The notes beneath the pieces are model-generated. The model was not told the origin of the DNA. It made no database searches and worked only from the letters and a program-made list of their open reading frames with translations. A stretch of 64,000 nt of DNA, from NCBI GenBank assembly GCA_001244265.2, contig CDLV01000017.1:372001-436000 (forward strand), in the 5' to 3' direction. Source of the stretch: Microbotryum violaceum. Lineage: Eukaryota. Shown in pieces: positions 12,459 through 24,900 of the stretch (its first letter is position 1; the number at the start of each line of letters is the position of its first letter). The position numbers and the translations under genes are program-made.

Positions 12459-14871
12459 TCAATCCATCCTCCTCCCCTTCGTACCTCTCCTAACCCTCCC
12501 TACGAACCAACCCGCGCTTGCGCAACCCAACACCACGAAAGCCAAATCCACGCCATCGAAATGACCGTCCAAACGAGTTTTGACGAGGACGTCTAGAGGT
12601 GCGTTGAAGAGGCCGACGAGTCCGGATAGGGTCATGGATAGGCCGTAGACGGAACCGAAGTGTTCGAAGCCGAAGATGAGGACGAAGGAGGAGGAGAGGT
12701 CGGTGTCTAAGGGGGAAAGGAGGGGGAGGAGGGGGGGGGGGGTTCGATCAGGGGCTGTGCTGAGGGAACGCGGTTCGGACTCGTCGGTACTCACACATCA
12801 AAGGTCGGAATAAACAAAATATCAAGATACCCACCAATTGTCCTGTATACCCTTTACTCATTCCCAACATACCGAAACCTAAACCCATAACGAACAAGAT
12901 GATCGGTACTTCGACCCACGGACGATGGTCGAGCAAGTAACCGATCAAAGGGATGCCGAGGAAGCCGACGAGGGGGAGGAGTAGGGTGAATGTTTTGGAG
13001 AGGGAGAGAGTAAGGGACGGGGACTGGAGGTAGTATAGCAGCTGGGAGGCGACGGATTGGATGTAGAAGTTGATGCGGGCCATCTGGATCGAGATGCAGA
13101 TAGGGGGGGGGGGCGGAGGGCGGGGAAGTGTCAGGAGTCAAACACGAAAGTGTGCTGCGGCAGGCTTTCTCAGCAGAAAAGAGAGAGGAACGGACATGGA
13201 TACAAACAAACACCGTCAAGCATACGAACCACCAACTCATAATCTGATCCCGTGCCGAAAGACCATGCAACGAATCATGAAGCTGTTCCTTCCCCTCCAA
13301 GATCGCTTCGACGGAAGGCAAGTCCTCGGGAGCTCCTAAATGGACGCGGGAGAAGGCCGAAGCGGAGATCTCGAAGGCCGATTCGTGAGGGGTGTCGAGG
13401 CCGGGTTGACAGGGATCGGAGGAGGGGACGGCGAGGTTGGTCGGGTCGGTAGTGGGTTCGATGTCGGGGGGTAAGCCGATGTCTTGAGGGCGTTGGTAGA
13501 TTTCGGGGGGACCGATGAAGAGTTGTTCGACGATGGCGCTGTTGAAGACTTGGGAAATGCTTAGTACCTGTAGATGCCTTCTGCCTGGACCCGAGAAACA
13601 CAGGCTCACATGAAGGGAATAACGGTGTAGAACCAGAAAAATGTGCGCAAGGATATCCCTCCAACGACCTTGTCATAAAGAGCTCGATCTAGGCGAGTAC
13701 TCTCAGATCAGTGTAACTCTAGCCGAGCGATCAGCGACATTTCTGATGAAGCACTTACAACCGACGTAAGGGATCGAACTCGCGTCAAAAGCGCCTGTCA
13801 TCCCACTGAGGATCAAGCCCGAATAAGCCGGGAAGGCATTCGAGAGATGGAAAGAAGGCAAAAAGATCAAAGGACCTCCAAGTGCCAAGAAAAGGAATCC
13901 GAGGACGTAGGTGTCCATCCATGTGGAACGGTAACCGAGTCCGAAGAAGAAGTTGCCGAGGATGAAAAGCGTCGCACCGAGGAGAGAGGTTTTTCGAGGC
14001 CCGAGTTTGTCGAGGGCATAGCCAATTGGCAGGCAGGCGATCTATGGGTATACAAAATTTTCGAGAGTGTGATTAGATGAACTTCAGAACTTCGAGACGT
14101 TCGAGACGCAATATCTGATCTTGCCACGGCCGGGGTAAACACCCGAAAGATTCCGGTTCGGAGAGAGGATGCCACGTACATTTGTGACACCAGCACTCAG
14201 AGTGAAGTGAACATGAAGTTGAGTTTAATGTCCTGAAATTAAGGGTATTCATGATCTCGGTGCTGAGCTCTATTTGATGATCAAACCATCCAGCCTCGGC
14301 TCACCTGGCCTTCGCACAGCAGCCAGTAACCCGTCGTCGGGTCGGTTGTGCGCTCCCCGGGCTTGCAGTAGTCCGCGTAGACACCTAAATACAAGCGATA
14401 GGTGTCAGTTATGTCTTACATTGAAATTCAATCTAAGTGCTGTGCGCACCTTCTTGTATAAGCACCGGCTTGAGGGCTGCAGCCGGAGAGTCGACAGCAC
14501 CGGCAATTCCGCGGAGTCCGTCAGGATTTGATCATGTGCCGGTGCGACGTGGTACAGCATGTGCATTGTCAGCAGGTGGCCAACTGCAGCACTTGAGCTG
14601 ACATGCTTTGCTTACCAGCAAACCCAAAGATCACACCTGCACATGTCAAACTGTTCCACAATCATCCCGATCACAACGTCAGCGATTCGGCGAGCGTGAC
14701 GTCTATCGAGTGATAGAGATAGGCGAATGCGATAACGCCCTCGACTGGCAGAGGCCGCAAAGCACGACGATGATCAAGCTTGTCCGCGTGGGCGACGTAC
14801 CAAAAGAAGATGGCAAAGACGATCTGAGTCAATTGAAGTGCCGTTGAGGGTACAGGGGTAGGCGATGACAT
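12459..14871 (-). pseudogene. FMP42: FMP42/SLC43-like MFS transporter, multi-exon, with a frameshifting 5-bp duplication at 14201-14210
   Basis: Spliced pieces: QIVFAIFFCLTCAGVIFGFAALKPVLIQEGVY...DIKLNFMFT(LSAGVTN)IACLPIGYALDKLGPR...LALGGPLIFLPSFHLSNAFP...GAFDASS...MARINFYIQSV...FGFEHFGSVYGL. As sequenced, the DIKLNFMFT exon hits a TGA. Confidence 0.85.
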
Positions 14872-16572
14872 GCTGGGATGTCGGAGAGCGGCGGTAAGAG
14901 CCAAGAGCTTCCGCGAGAATCGGCGCCGCCTTGATGGCTCTCAATGGCGCGCCAAAGCTAATCTCCGCGTACTCCACACGCGTGTGTCGGACCACTAGGC
15001 ATGCACAGAACTCCGAGGCATGACCGCTGGGTGATGTCATCGAAGTATATTGAAGACTTGATCTAGGAGAAATCATCGCATGCGCACCGTCGACGGCCAA
15101 CCACGGGCATCACTGCACATGCACGTTCAGTCTCGGAAGAATTGAAACCGCGTTCCCGGACTGGTAAATATCCTGTAACCTGTAACCATCCAAAGGGCGA
15201 AGCCAGTATTGCTCCACCGGTACCGAATCGGCCGATCGCATAAACCCGAGGCCGATGCCAGCCCCGCGGAACCATGGAGATAACCCACAACCTACGGAAG
15301 CTTAATTTGTACGAGAGGTGGGAGCGTGGGAGGGCCGCCCAGCGCTAAGCTCAACTAAGCCCTCCCTCTGGCAGAGGGAGGGGCGTCGAATCTAGCCCAG
15401 CGCAGCGGTGCAGCGCAGACCCCTTGGAATCCGCTTCAAGTGGCAAGCGCGCGACCCGCTGCGCCCTCGGGGCCAAAATCCAATCGCTGGCCTGGCGCCA
15501 TTCAGCGGTGCCGTAATTCGCCCAAGGCCATAGGGGGCGGGGGGCCTGGGCTCAGAATGTCGTACCTGCTTGATACCCAAAAAAATGAGAGGTATCTATT
15601 TATGTGGGCGTGTCATGAAAAAATTTGAAAAGTGATTGTGGACAGCATATTTTTTATTCTTGTTGTGCGCGAGCTTGGAGGGGCAACCGGACAACTTGCA
15701 GCTAGAATTTGGGGCCCCGGGAAACAAGCTTATCACCGGCGCAAGCTGACCCCGCCAGGCACGCGAGCCGAAGTGAGTCCGAGGACTCGCACTCAGCGCT
15801 CAGCGTCTCACCTTCACAGTCCCCGAGCTGCGCCGCGGGCAGCCTGCGTCACGTAGCACCAGCTCTCGTGTGTTCTCCTATCAAGCTTTCTCAATCACCC
15901 TCTCGACATAGACTATAATCCCCTGTATAGCAGTGTCCACATCTCGTCCTCTGCCTCCTCGTTCTCCTCGTTGTGAAGCCGCCGCATCCTCTACATTCCA
16001 ATCGTTAAGCTCACCACTCGCACTCGGCCGGCTGCTAGCTTCAAAGTCAAGTCTCAGCGCTCTCAGGGGAAATCGCCGTCGTCTGTGTTTGCGTGCACAT
16101 TCCTTGTGGTCAGTCCCATTCGACTGCATGTGGTGGGCACTAGCAGGGCATGCATAGGTACATACGGATTACAAGAGTGTTGTCGAGTTCGATCCGACGA
16201 CCGCCCATCGTAGAAGTCGTTCGCGGAGGTTTGCTCATAACCGACCGAAATCGACATCGTTGCTTAATGCATCCTTTCCTCGTACCGTTCCCAGCCGGGG
16301 CACACGCATCGATGAACTTCGCGAACGAGCATTGAAGGATGCTTGCTCTTCTCCCCTTTTCCGTAGCAGAAGCCGGCGGCGGCCAACGACGACGACGACC
16401 AGCACCGGCGGCGGTTCCTCGCTACTCGCACGGACACCTCCCCACCCCTCAACCTGCGTTCGTCGTCGGGTGCGATTCGAGTCGACCCTAAGCTCCTTTC
16501 GTCGAACGTGCTGCCCTTCACACGGCTTGCGGCTCCTCCTCCTTTCCCCATCTCGTCCTTGCACCGTCAATC

Positions 16573-18550
16573 ATGGCTTTGGCTTCGTTCGATGACATGA
16601 ACAACGCACTCACCGCCAGTTCCGGCGAACCCCTCCCCGACGGCGCCGCGCCGTCCATAGCACCTCGACACTCCCCCGACTCCTCGTCATTGACCACTGG
16701 CCAGGCTCCCCTGGGCTGGCCGCCGGTCGCACCCAGAGGCGCCCAGTTTAGCTTTTCCAACTCAGCCCACTCCATCGCTAAAGCTCCGGGTGGTAACGCC
16801 GAATGGGTAGCAGCGGGGACAGCAGGACCGGCAGGAGGTGCGGTCGGGGTCGGCGCCAGAAGGACCGGCGTGACCAAGTTCTTCAATGTGCTCAAGGTGA
16901 GTGCTTCCTCCCCGTCGATCTCTCAAATCCTTCATCGAGAATACTTTCGAAACTATGAATGACCTATGGAACGAGTCGAGGTATAGCGGTGCTGATCCCG
17001 ATGCTGGCTCTTTGGACTTTCACAAGGGGTTCGGCTTCATCTTGGACCACCGAGCAGACGAGCTCGGCGGCGACGAAGGTGAGCGGTCGCTTGCTGTGCA
17101 TCTGGTTCATTTCCTTGGCTTGGCATGGGTTGATGGGCCCGATTGCCTTCTGTTTCCACAGTCTTTGTACATTATTCCGCCATCGAAGCAGTGCAGAGCG
17201 GCACCGGCGGTTTCAGGTCCTTGCAGGAGGTCAGTCTCGTTCGCTGCCGGCGCGGTCGTGGTCTCGCGCGCGCCCCTCGACGCTTGTCTCACGTCCGAAC
17301 ACACTAACGCGGACGTCTTGCGGCATCGATTGCGATCGTAGGGCGAACTAGTACGTTCCTTTGTCGCGACGACCGGCTAAGATCGAGCTGTCGTGACTGA
17401 CCCTATCTCCTCTCACAATTATTCATCCCTCTTTAGGTTGAATACAACATCGTCTGCTCGGGCAAGGGCTTTCAAGCACAGAATGTGACGGGACCTGATG
17501 GTACGTCTCCTTTCGTCTTGCCCACGCCGACTGGGGGAGGTTTCGATGTGTCACAATCTACTCAACGGATTCGAAAAGAAACAGTATGCTGAGACGCCGA
17601 CCCCTCTTTTGTAATGTGTGCTAGGATCGCCTTGCGTGGGCTCACCTCCCCAACCGTCCCCCAAATCCTCGCCAGCGCGAGATGGCGCCCGTCGTCAATC
17701 CACGAGCGGCGCCTCCCATCAGTCCCATCGATCGATGCAGCCGCGCGGTCACTTTTCCAGGTCAAGCGTACAGTACATCGGGCCACAGTATTTTTTGCCG
17801 GTCCAGGATCCTTACCTCGTCAACATAGGCGGTTATGGCGGCCCCGCATCGACACGGCCACCTCCACATGGAGATCGCCTCGTAGGAGCGGCAGGCATGG
17901 CGACGCCTCCTTTTAAAGTTGGTGCCCACAGTTATCGATTCGTCGAAGTACCCCGGCCCCACCCATCATCACATCATCAGCCTGGTGGATCGGACCCGCA
18001 AATGATACTTGCTCAGACTGGCGCTGGCCATGGTCACGACTATGGGTACGGGCCAGCGCCACCGTTCTACTACACCTCCTTTCCGGCGCAGTACGAGGTG
18101 AGCTCAGCTGCGCCTCCGGGCGGCGCAATGGCGTATTACCCCTTGAATGCGCATACCGGCGGAGGTGCCATGCCCGCAGGGCCGACACCGACGCAGGTTC
18201 CGGCTTCCTTTGGCGTTGCCAAAACGGGTGGAGGTGGTGGTGGTGTTGGTTCATCGGACGAAATGGGTCCTCCTGGAGGTGGGGGCGGCGGCGGCGGAAA
18301 TGGCCCACCAGCGGGAGGCAGTTCTCCGGTGGTCACGGGATACGTTTACCCTATCGGTCCTGGCACGGCCTACGCCCCTTCGCCGCCGCCCTCTCAAGCC
18401 TTTCAACAACCACCAATTTCGTCAAGAAATGGCACTACAGAATCTTTGGACTCTGCCCCCGATTATTCCGCGATCCCGCCTCCAGCGACGACTTGTGATA
18501 CCCTCTCTAAACTCTCGAACGAAGCTTCTACTGGCGCCGTCGCCGCGTGA
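16573..18550 (+). CDS. Cold-shock-domain RNA-binding protein (CSD-1) with Pro/Gly-rich tail; exons ~16573-16896, 17027-17078, 17162-17229, 17342-17350, 17437-17500, 17625-18550
   Basis: Spliced: RRTGVTKFFNVLK|GFGFILDHRADELGGDE|VFVHYSAI...GFRSLQE|GEL|VEYNIVCSGKGFQAQNVTGPDG|SPCVG, containing RNP1 (KGFGFI) and RNP2 (VFVHY). Confidence 0.93.
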
Positions 18551-19399
18551 GATATCAACATTTCTGCACCAACGAACGAAGCGAAATGAGGCAGCCGCTG
18601 TCACACTCCGGAAAAGGGAGAATATGGCGTTATTTGTCCGTAGGGGTTACCGTGTGGAAATGTGAATGGGGTGGTTGGTTCTTTGTAGATGGGTGTGGGG
18701 TTGGGTGTTGTGTAGAGAGGTTCGAGAGCGATTGTGTTGCCAGACTTATCATGGACACGCTACTTGGAACACGAAGAAGGCCTAAACTTGTTGCTTCATG
18801 TGTTGGCCTGGTTCGGGGCATTGGAGACCCGTGCGTAAGGTGGCGGCGATTTAAGAAAATGGATTAGAGGAGCCACGGGCAGGTCCTGGATCCGAGTGAT
18901 CATGCACAGGCTCCGCTTCTCCAAAGTACTGGAACTGATCTGTTTTGGGGCGCATGAGTCAAGATTCTTCTTGCTAGTTTGTCGTCTCGAGCTGCTCCAT
19001 CTGCTCAGGGGGTAGTTTTACTGCCTGAGTCAGCAGGCTCCTTCAGCGTTTCGGTTTTGAGCACAGGATCGCACACACTTTGCGACACCACCGAAAGAGT
19101 TTTATAAGACCAAAGCCTCACACCAGAAGCACATTCGAGCACCGGCCATGGCCAGAGTTCTGATTTGTATTCACGAGTGGGAACCCGTTGAATTAAAGGG
19201 AGGATGAAATTCTAATAACACGGAAATTTAACCGTATACATGATTTCAGCAGGGGCAGGGAGAAGAAGAAACGTAGTACAGCAACAGAAAACCTCTCCAT
19301 TCATCGCTCTGAGAACATTGCGGAAGACTGGGGTTGGGGTCACGGTGGTTGCGGCAGCCGATCGACGGCTTGTTGGTCGTCGTCATCATCGACGGGGTA

Positions 19400-20800
19400 G
19401 CACGCGAGAGGGGACAAACACGTGGGACTCGGCCAACACTCATGGCTCGAGGCAATGCCACATACAACTGCCCATGAGCGAAGACGGGATGCAGGGAGAT
19501 CGATTCCAACACAATCGAGTGACTTCCGTTGGGCTTTGTTGATCGTCATGGCCAAGACAACTCGAGAGGGGAATTGGAGCCGGCGCATAGTGAAACCGAG
19601 TTGTCGCATTCGTCTCAAGTCGCACGCGAGTGATAAATATCCTGGTGCCCGCTCGATTTCCGGTCAAAATTTCGATTTAAATGACTCGCAATATTGCGTG
19701 CGAGACGATGCGGCGGTTACCGTTGCAGAGGCCTGTGTCTGTGTCGAGATTGCCAAGAATGACAGGGATCCCCTCCTCGAGACGCAAGTGAGGCGCGGGG
19801 CGTTTGACGGGCTAATCAGTGCAGATACCCTGGCCAAAGCGAATCAAGCACCATTACACCCCCAGTTTCGCCTAACTGGACGACCTCGTCTGCGCTACGA
19901 TACTCGACATATACGCCAAGCAGCAGGTAAGCAGGCGGCGGCGAAACGAATAGGAGGTAGTCTTAGTGTCGGTTGGCCGAGTGAAAGAGGGGAGGCAAAC
20001 GTACGGCGATCTCGTTGTGCGGGTGTATGCCGGCAGTTCCATCACCCACTTTGAGTAGCTATTCCACAAAGTCGGGCGTCCAAGCCAATTGAACCTCGTC
20101 CATCGCATCAGCGTCCGAGCTAAGACGCATGATGTTCTCAACCGAACGTCGCGCCTGAAGTCTGCCTTGATGAGGGATGCATAGGCGACTCTTTGACCGG
20201 AAGTTCCCAGGGAACGAGAGAAGGCAATGGCGATGGTACCCTGAAGATTGAAACCTTATTCGCGGGCAGTCGTTCAGAGCGAACGCGAAAGTGTCCAACT
20301 GACCTGCGAAGATCGTCGTCACCACGCCGAAGAGCTCCTTGGTCTCTCGGAGATCACGCAGCAAACGGTCGACCCAAATTGATTGGCACTTGGTGCTTCA
20401 TCCCATCATCCAACATGATAAGCTTGGTGGTACCCAAGTTGACTCACCATGGCGAGTCGGCGACGTGTCGAGTGGGATCCAAAGTGTCGAATGCGCCGTG
20501 TGCTCCCTTGGAGAAGCCACGCCGCTGTTTCCGAGGACGCCACCACGCTCGTTTGGTCGGCTCAATTTCGCACAGTATCGAGAAGCGCGCTTTCCAAGAA
20601 AGTCTTGCCAGTACCCCAGTACCCCCAGCCGCAAGCATGAGAAACACATGCTGTGCGGGGATACTGTCGGGTCTACTGCAGAGGAATGTTGTTGGACAGA
20701 GCAACTGACCGCTGTCCGAGGCTTCAAGTAGCTGTTAATACCTGGGGAGGCGGAGGCAGCTGCACCTTACCCTGCGAGCGGCGCGTGCTAAAGTGTCCAG
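19400..20800 (-). mobile_element. Degenerate PIF1-family helicase, probably a Helitron RepHel remnant
   Basis: Fragments in shifting frames: AAGGTG (Walker A), VVASS, TAHSTLWIPL, LLRDLR...LFG..TTIFAG, RRLQFPSRVVLAMTINKAQRKSLDCVGIDL, PVFAHGQLYVALPRA. Confidence 0.85.
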
Positions 20801-21446
20801 TCGACGTCGTTCGTCCGCACTCTCAGTGTCGAGCCTAGCAGTAGGTGCAAACTGCCATTTAGGTGTCGAGGTAGTCGCGGATGGCAACTTTGCGCTAGAG
20901 TGGTTTGAGCGCGATTCTAGCCCTGCGGGTCTCCGCTGGCCTTGACCCGCAGCAGGAGGTGGTGCGGCGCTGGATGTACGTTCAGCATCGTCACGGTCGG
21001 CCATCGTGCTGACCAAGCTGACCGTTCTGCACACCGTGTCGCCAAGATTGGTCGGATTGTTGTCATTACGCGCAGGAGACTGATTCTGTTGATCGGAGCG
21101 GGACGAAGAGGAGGGCGCTCGAGCAGGCCCATCGTACGGCGCTGCCCTTGCGCCCAAGCCACAGCGAGGTCGCGATGGCCCTCCCCGGAAACCAAGGCAT
21201 AGTGTCGAGTGTTTCTCCTTGAATCAGTGTCACCAAAATTCGGTGAGAGAAGGAGGAAAAGGAAAGAATTCGAGGGAGTCACACCGGATTACTTACAACC
21301 TCTCGACCCTCATACTGTTGTTGAGCCCCTATAAGCCGATACCACGCTGTCACTAGTACGTCACGTGATTGACGGCGCCCTTCGCGCCGCGCCCGTGCGT
21401 CAATGACAGCGGGACCACGCTTGAGCTCTATAGAAAAAGTGTCATG

Positions 21447-21672
21447 CAAACCCGCGCCCATATTATACATTAAATCCTACACAAAGCGGTCCATCAGCTC
21501 CGCATCATGTAAAAAGTGACCAAGATTGTAGTACTCGGACTGTTCGGTTTTCATGGTGCCAAACCCGCGCCCATGTTATACATTAAATCCTACACAAAGC
21601 GGTCCATCAGCTTCGCATCATGTAAAAAGTGACCGAGATTGTAGTACTCGGACTGTTCGGTTTTCATGGTGC
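21447..21672. repeat. Tandem duplication, 113-bp unit x2
   Basis: AAACCCGCGCCCAT(A/G)TTATACATTAAATCC...TTTTCATGGTGC starts at 21448 and again at 21561, with few substitutions. Confidence 0.95.
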
Positions 21673-21932
21673 GGAAAATGCAGAAATTGGGAACAAGACT
21701 TTACGGATCCTATTGCGAGAGCATCAATATCAACAACCGCTATTCATGCATAGCTTCCAGCCTAGCGAAAATCTGACGCGCTGCTGAGTACGCTGAGTGC
21801 TGAGCGGGCAATGGGCATGCGCCAGGCCGCCCGGGGCGCCGCGCTCGTGCTGAATGAATGCACGCGTGTCGCCGCGCCTCCTCTCGGCTTCGCTCCCCCA
21901 CGGCCAAGGGATTCGCACGCGATCGAAAGGCA

Positions 21933-24900
21933 ATGGCGCCTCTCCACGCCGGATCCACTCCGAGCTCGCCAACAAAACGTAGTACAACACCCTCGACCGC
22001 CTCATCTTCTTCCCGCAGTCGAACGGCCTCGCCGACCAAGTCGTCGTCGAGCTCATTGCACCATGGCAGCGAGACCAGCAACACCAGCTCATCACTCAAC
22101 TCGTCCGTGCGACCGAGTTCCCGTGCCGCCCAGGGGGGTTCCAGCATCCTCCCCGGCAAATCCAACAGCAGATTATCTTCTTCCGTCACGCCCTCAAGTC
22201 CTAGCAAACGCGAAACCGGACTGGGGCTGCCCAAGAGGACGACACAGCCTTCGTCGTCGACTTCGACGCTGCGTCAACAAGCGAGCTCGTCGTCGATCCC
22301 TCGCCTCGCGTCAAAGTACAGCTTGCTCAGTGATAGGAACGCCAATGCAAGCGATGGACTGAGCGAATCGGGTGGGGATATATCATTCACCCTCTCACAG
22401 GAAGGCTTCTCGGAAGAGGACGAGGAGGACAGCGCTGCTGAGGGGCAGCGATCGATCAAACCCGTGCGACGAGCTGGTTTTGGCGCACGACCCGTCTTGA
22501 GCTTTGCTCCCTCCGAGGCTTCTTCGAGGCGATCGGTATCTGTCTTTACCGACGATGAGAGTGGGGCGTCGACCTACAAGAACTCTTCGGCGGGCGATCC
22601 GGCGAGGGAGGATGGCGACGATGCCGAGGGCGATGAGGAAGAATCGGTCGACGGCAAAGCCGTCAACGTCGTCGTTTGCTTGCGGTACGTCAGCATCGTA
22701 ATCGGGCATAATGGTTCTTTTCAGTTCAATCTGATGACCGTTACTCTGCAGTGTTCGACCCACGCGCATGTCGAACCCGTCTTCCAACATCTACAAATAC
22801 GACGCCCCGCGATCGGTCCTCTCATTCGCGCCCAACCACCCCGTCTTCGTCAAGCGAGGCGCGACGTCGAGTTCTCGTCCGGGCGAATACGAATTCACGT
22901 TCGATCGGCTGCATCTTGCGCCCGCGCCGAGTGAGGCGTTGTACGATGCTAAAATTCGTCCGATCGTCAGGGCGGCGATGAATGGGTTCAATGGGACCGT
23001 CTTTGCGTAAGTCAGCAAATGTGGGAGGTGGAATTTCAGCTGGCCCGAGTGTTCGCTGAACCGATTTCGTTCCATTCTTCCCGCAGCTATGGTCAAACCG
23101 CGAGTGGAAAGACACACACGATGATGGGGACCGAGGCCGAGCCGGGCATCATTCCACTGGCCATCGATGAGCTGTTCACGTTTATTCATCGGGTGAGTGG
23201 CGTTGCGTCGACGACTTGTGGGACCTTTACGCTAATACATCTCTTTGCGCAGCAAAACGACTCTCGCTCCTTCTCCCTGCGCGTCTCCTTTCTCGAAATC
23301 TACAACGAACAACTGCGCGACCTACTCATCTCAAATCCCAAATCGACCAAACCGCTCGAAGTCGTCGGCGAGGACGGAACGGTCAAAGGCCTCGAAGAAC
23401 GACCCGTAGCGATGCCGTCCGAGGTCTTGTCTTTATTGCACGAAGGTGATCAACGAAGGAGGGTCGGCGCTACGGATTGGAACGAGAGGAGTTCGAGGAG
23501 TCATTCGGTGTTTGTGGTGACGATTGAGAGTATGCCGAGGAATGGGGCTGGGATGGCGAGGACTTCGAGATTGGTGAGTAGCGGACGGACTACTTTGGTG
23601 AAAACGATTTTGCTGACGCTTGAAGTCTGGTGGGTCAGAACTTGATCGATCTGGCGGGAAGTGAATCCGCTACGGGGCAGGACGACCGACGTAAGGAAGG
23701 ATCGTTCATCAACAAATCGCTGCTAACATTGGGAACCGTCATCGGGAAACTGAGCGAGGGCAAGCAGTGAGTGCCACCCCCTTTACAACACACTGCTAAA
23801 TACTTTAAAAGTAACGTTCAAATTGGCGGTTGATTCACAGTGCCGGAGCGCAGCATATTCCTTATCGCGACTCCAAACTTACTCGTCTACTGCAACCGGC
23901 GCTATCGGGCAAATCGCGAGTCGCGGTTATCTGCACCATGTCCCCCGATGCCGAACAAGCGACCGAAACGCTCTCTACGCTCAAATTCGCCCGTCGTGCC
24001 AAGATGGTCGTGACGAAGGCCGAACGAGGCGTGTTGATGACCGAACAAATGATGCTCAACATGTACGAGAAGCAAGTCGAGGCTTTGAAACAACAGATCG
24101 CGCAGCGGGAATCCGCAGTGGAGGAGAGCGAGTTGGCCAAGGAGAGGGATCTGGCTGCTGCGCGCGCGGACGAATACGAAAGTCGAAGCAAGAAGGCAGA
24201 AGACGAATTGGCGCTCAAGGAACTCGAGTTGACGAGGTTGAGGGAGCAGCTTGAGCACACCAAGTCGTTCATCTTGACAGGCCCTGTACTTGAGGCGAAC
24301 GCGAGGAGGGTCTCAGTCGGTGGGGCGACTTTCCACAATGCGGCGTTGAGCCCTTCGCGCGCCAAGAGGATCGTCAGTGATATAAGTGGGTTCAACTCGT
24401 TGGGGCTGGGCGCTCCGAAAGGCTCCCGAATGAGCTTTCGTTCAGGATCGAACGCGACGCAAGCGGACATGTCGAGATCAGAGTCAGGGTCCTTGGAGCG
24501 CGAACACGAACTAGAACGACAACTCGACGAGGCGAATCGGAAACTTGCGGAGTTGGAGACTGTTTCCGCCGAGGCCGAGTCGTTGCGCACCAAGGTCGTC
24601 GAACTGCAGCGATCGGTCTCGCTGGCGATAGTCAACACTGAAACTTCGGCCACAGATCGCAAAGAGCGAGTGAGGGAGCTTGAGGAGCGATTACAGGAGG
24701 CAACAGACCAATTGAGAGACGCTGATGAAGCGAAGGAAGCGGCTGCGAGCAAGCAGGCCGAGCTCAATACCCTCCGACGAGAGCTCGAAAAGGCGCAACT
24801 GGCCAACACACAGCTCACGACTGCTAAGGTTGGAGGCGAGGAGGCCGCGACTTCACTGGCGACGTTACTCGAAACGACACGATCGGAACTGGCCGAGGCG

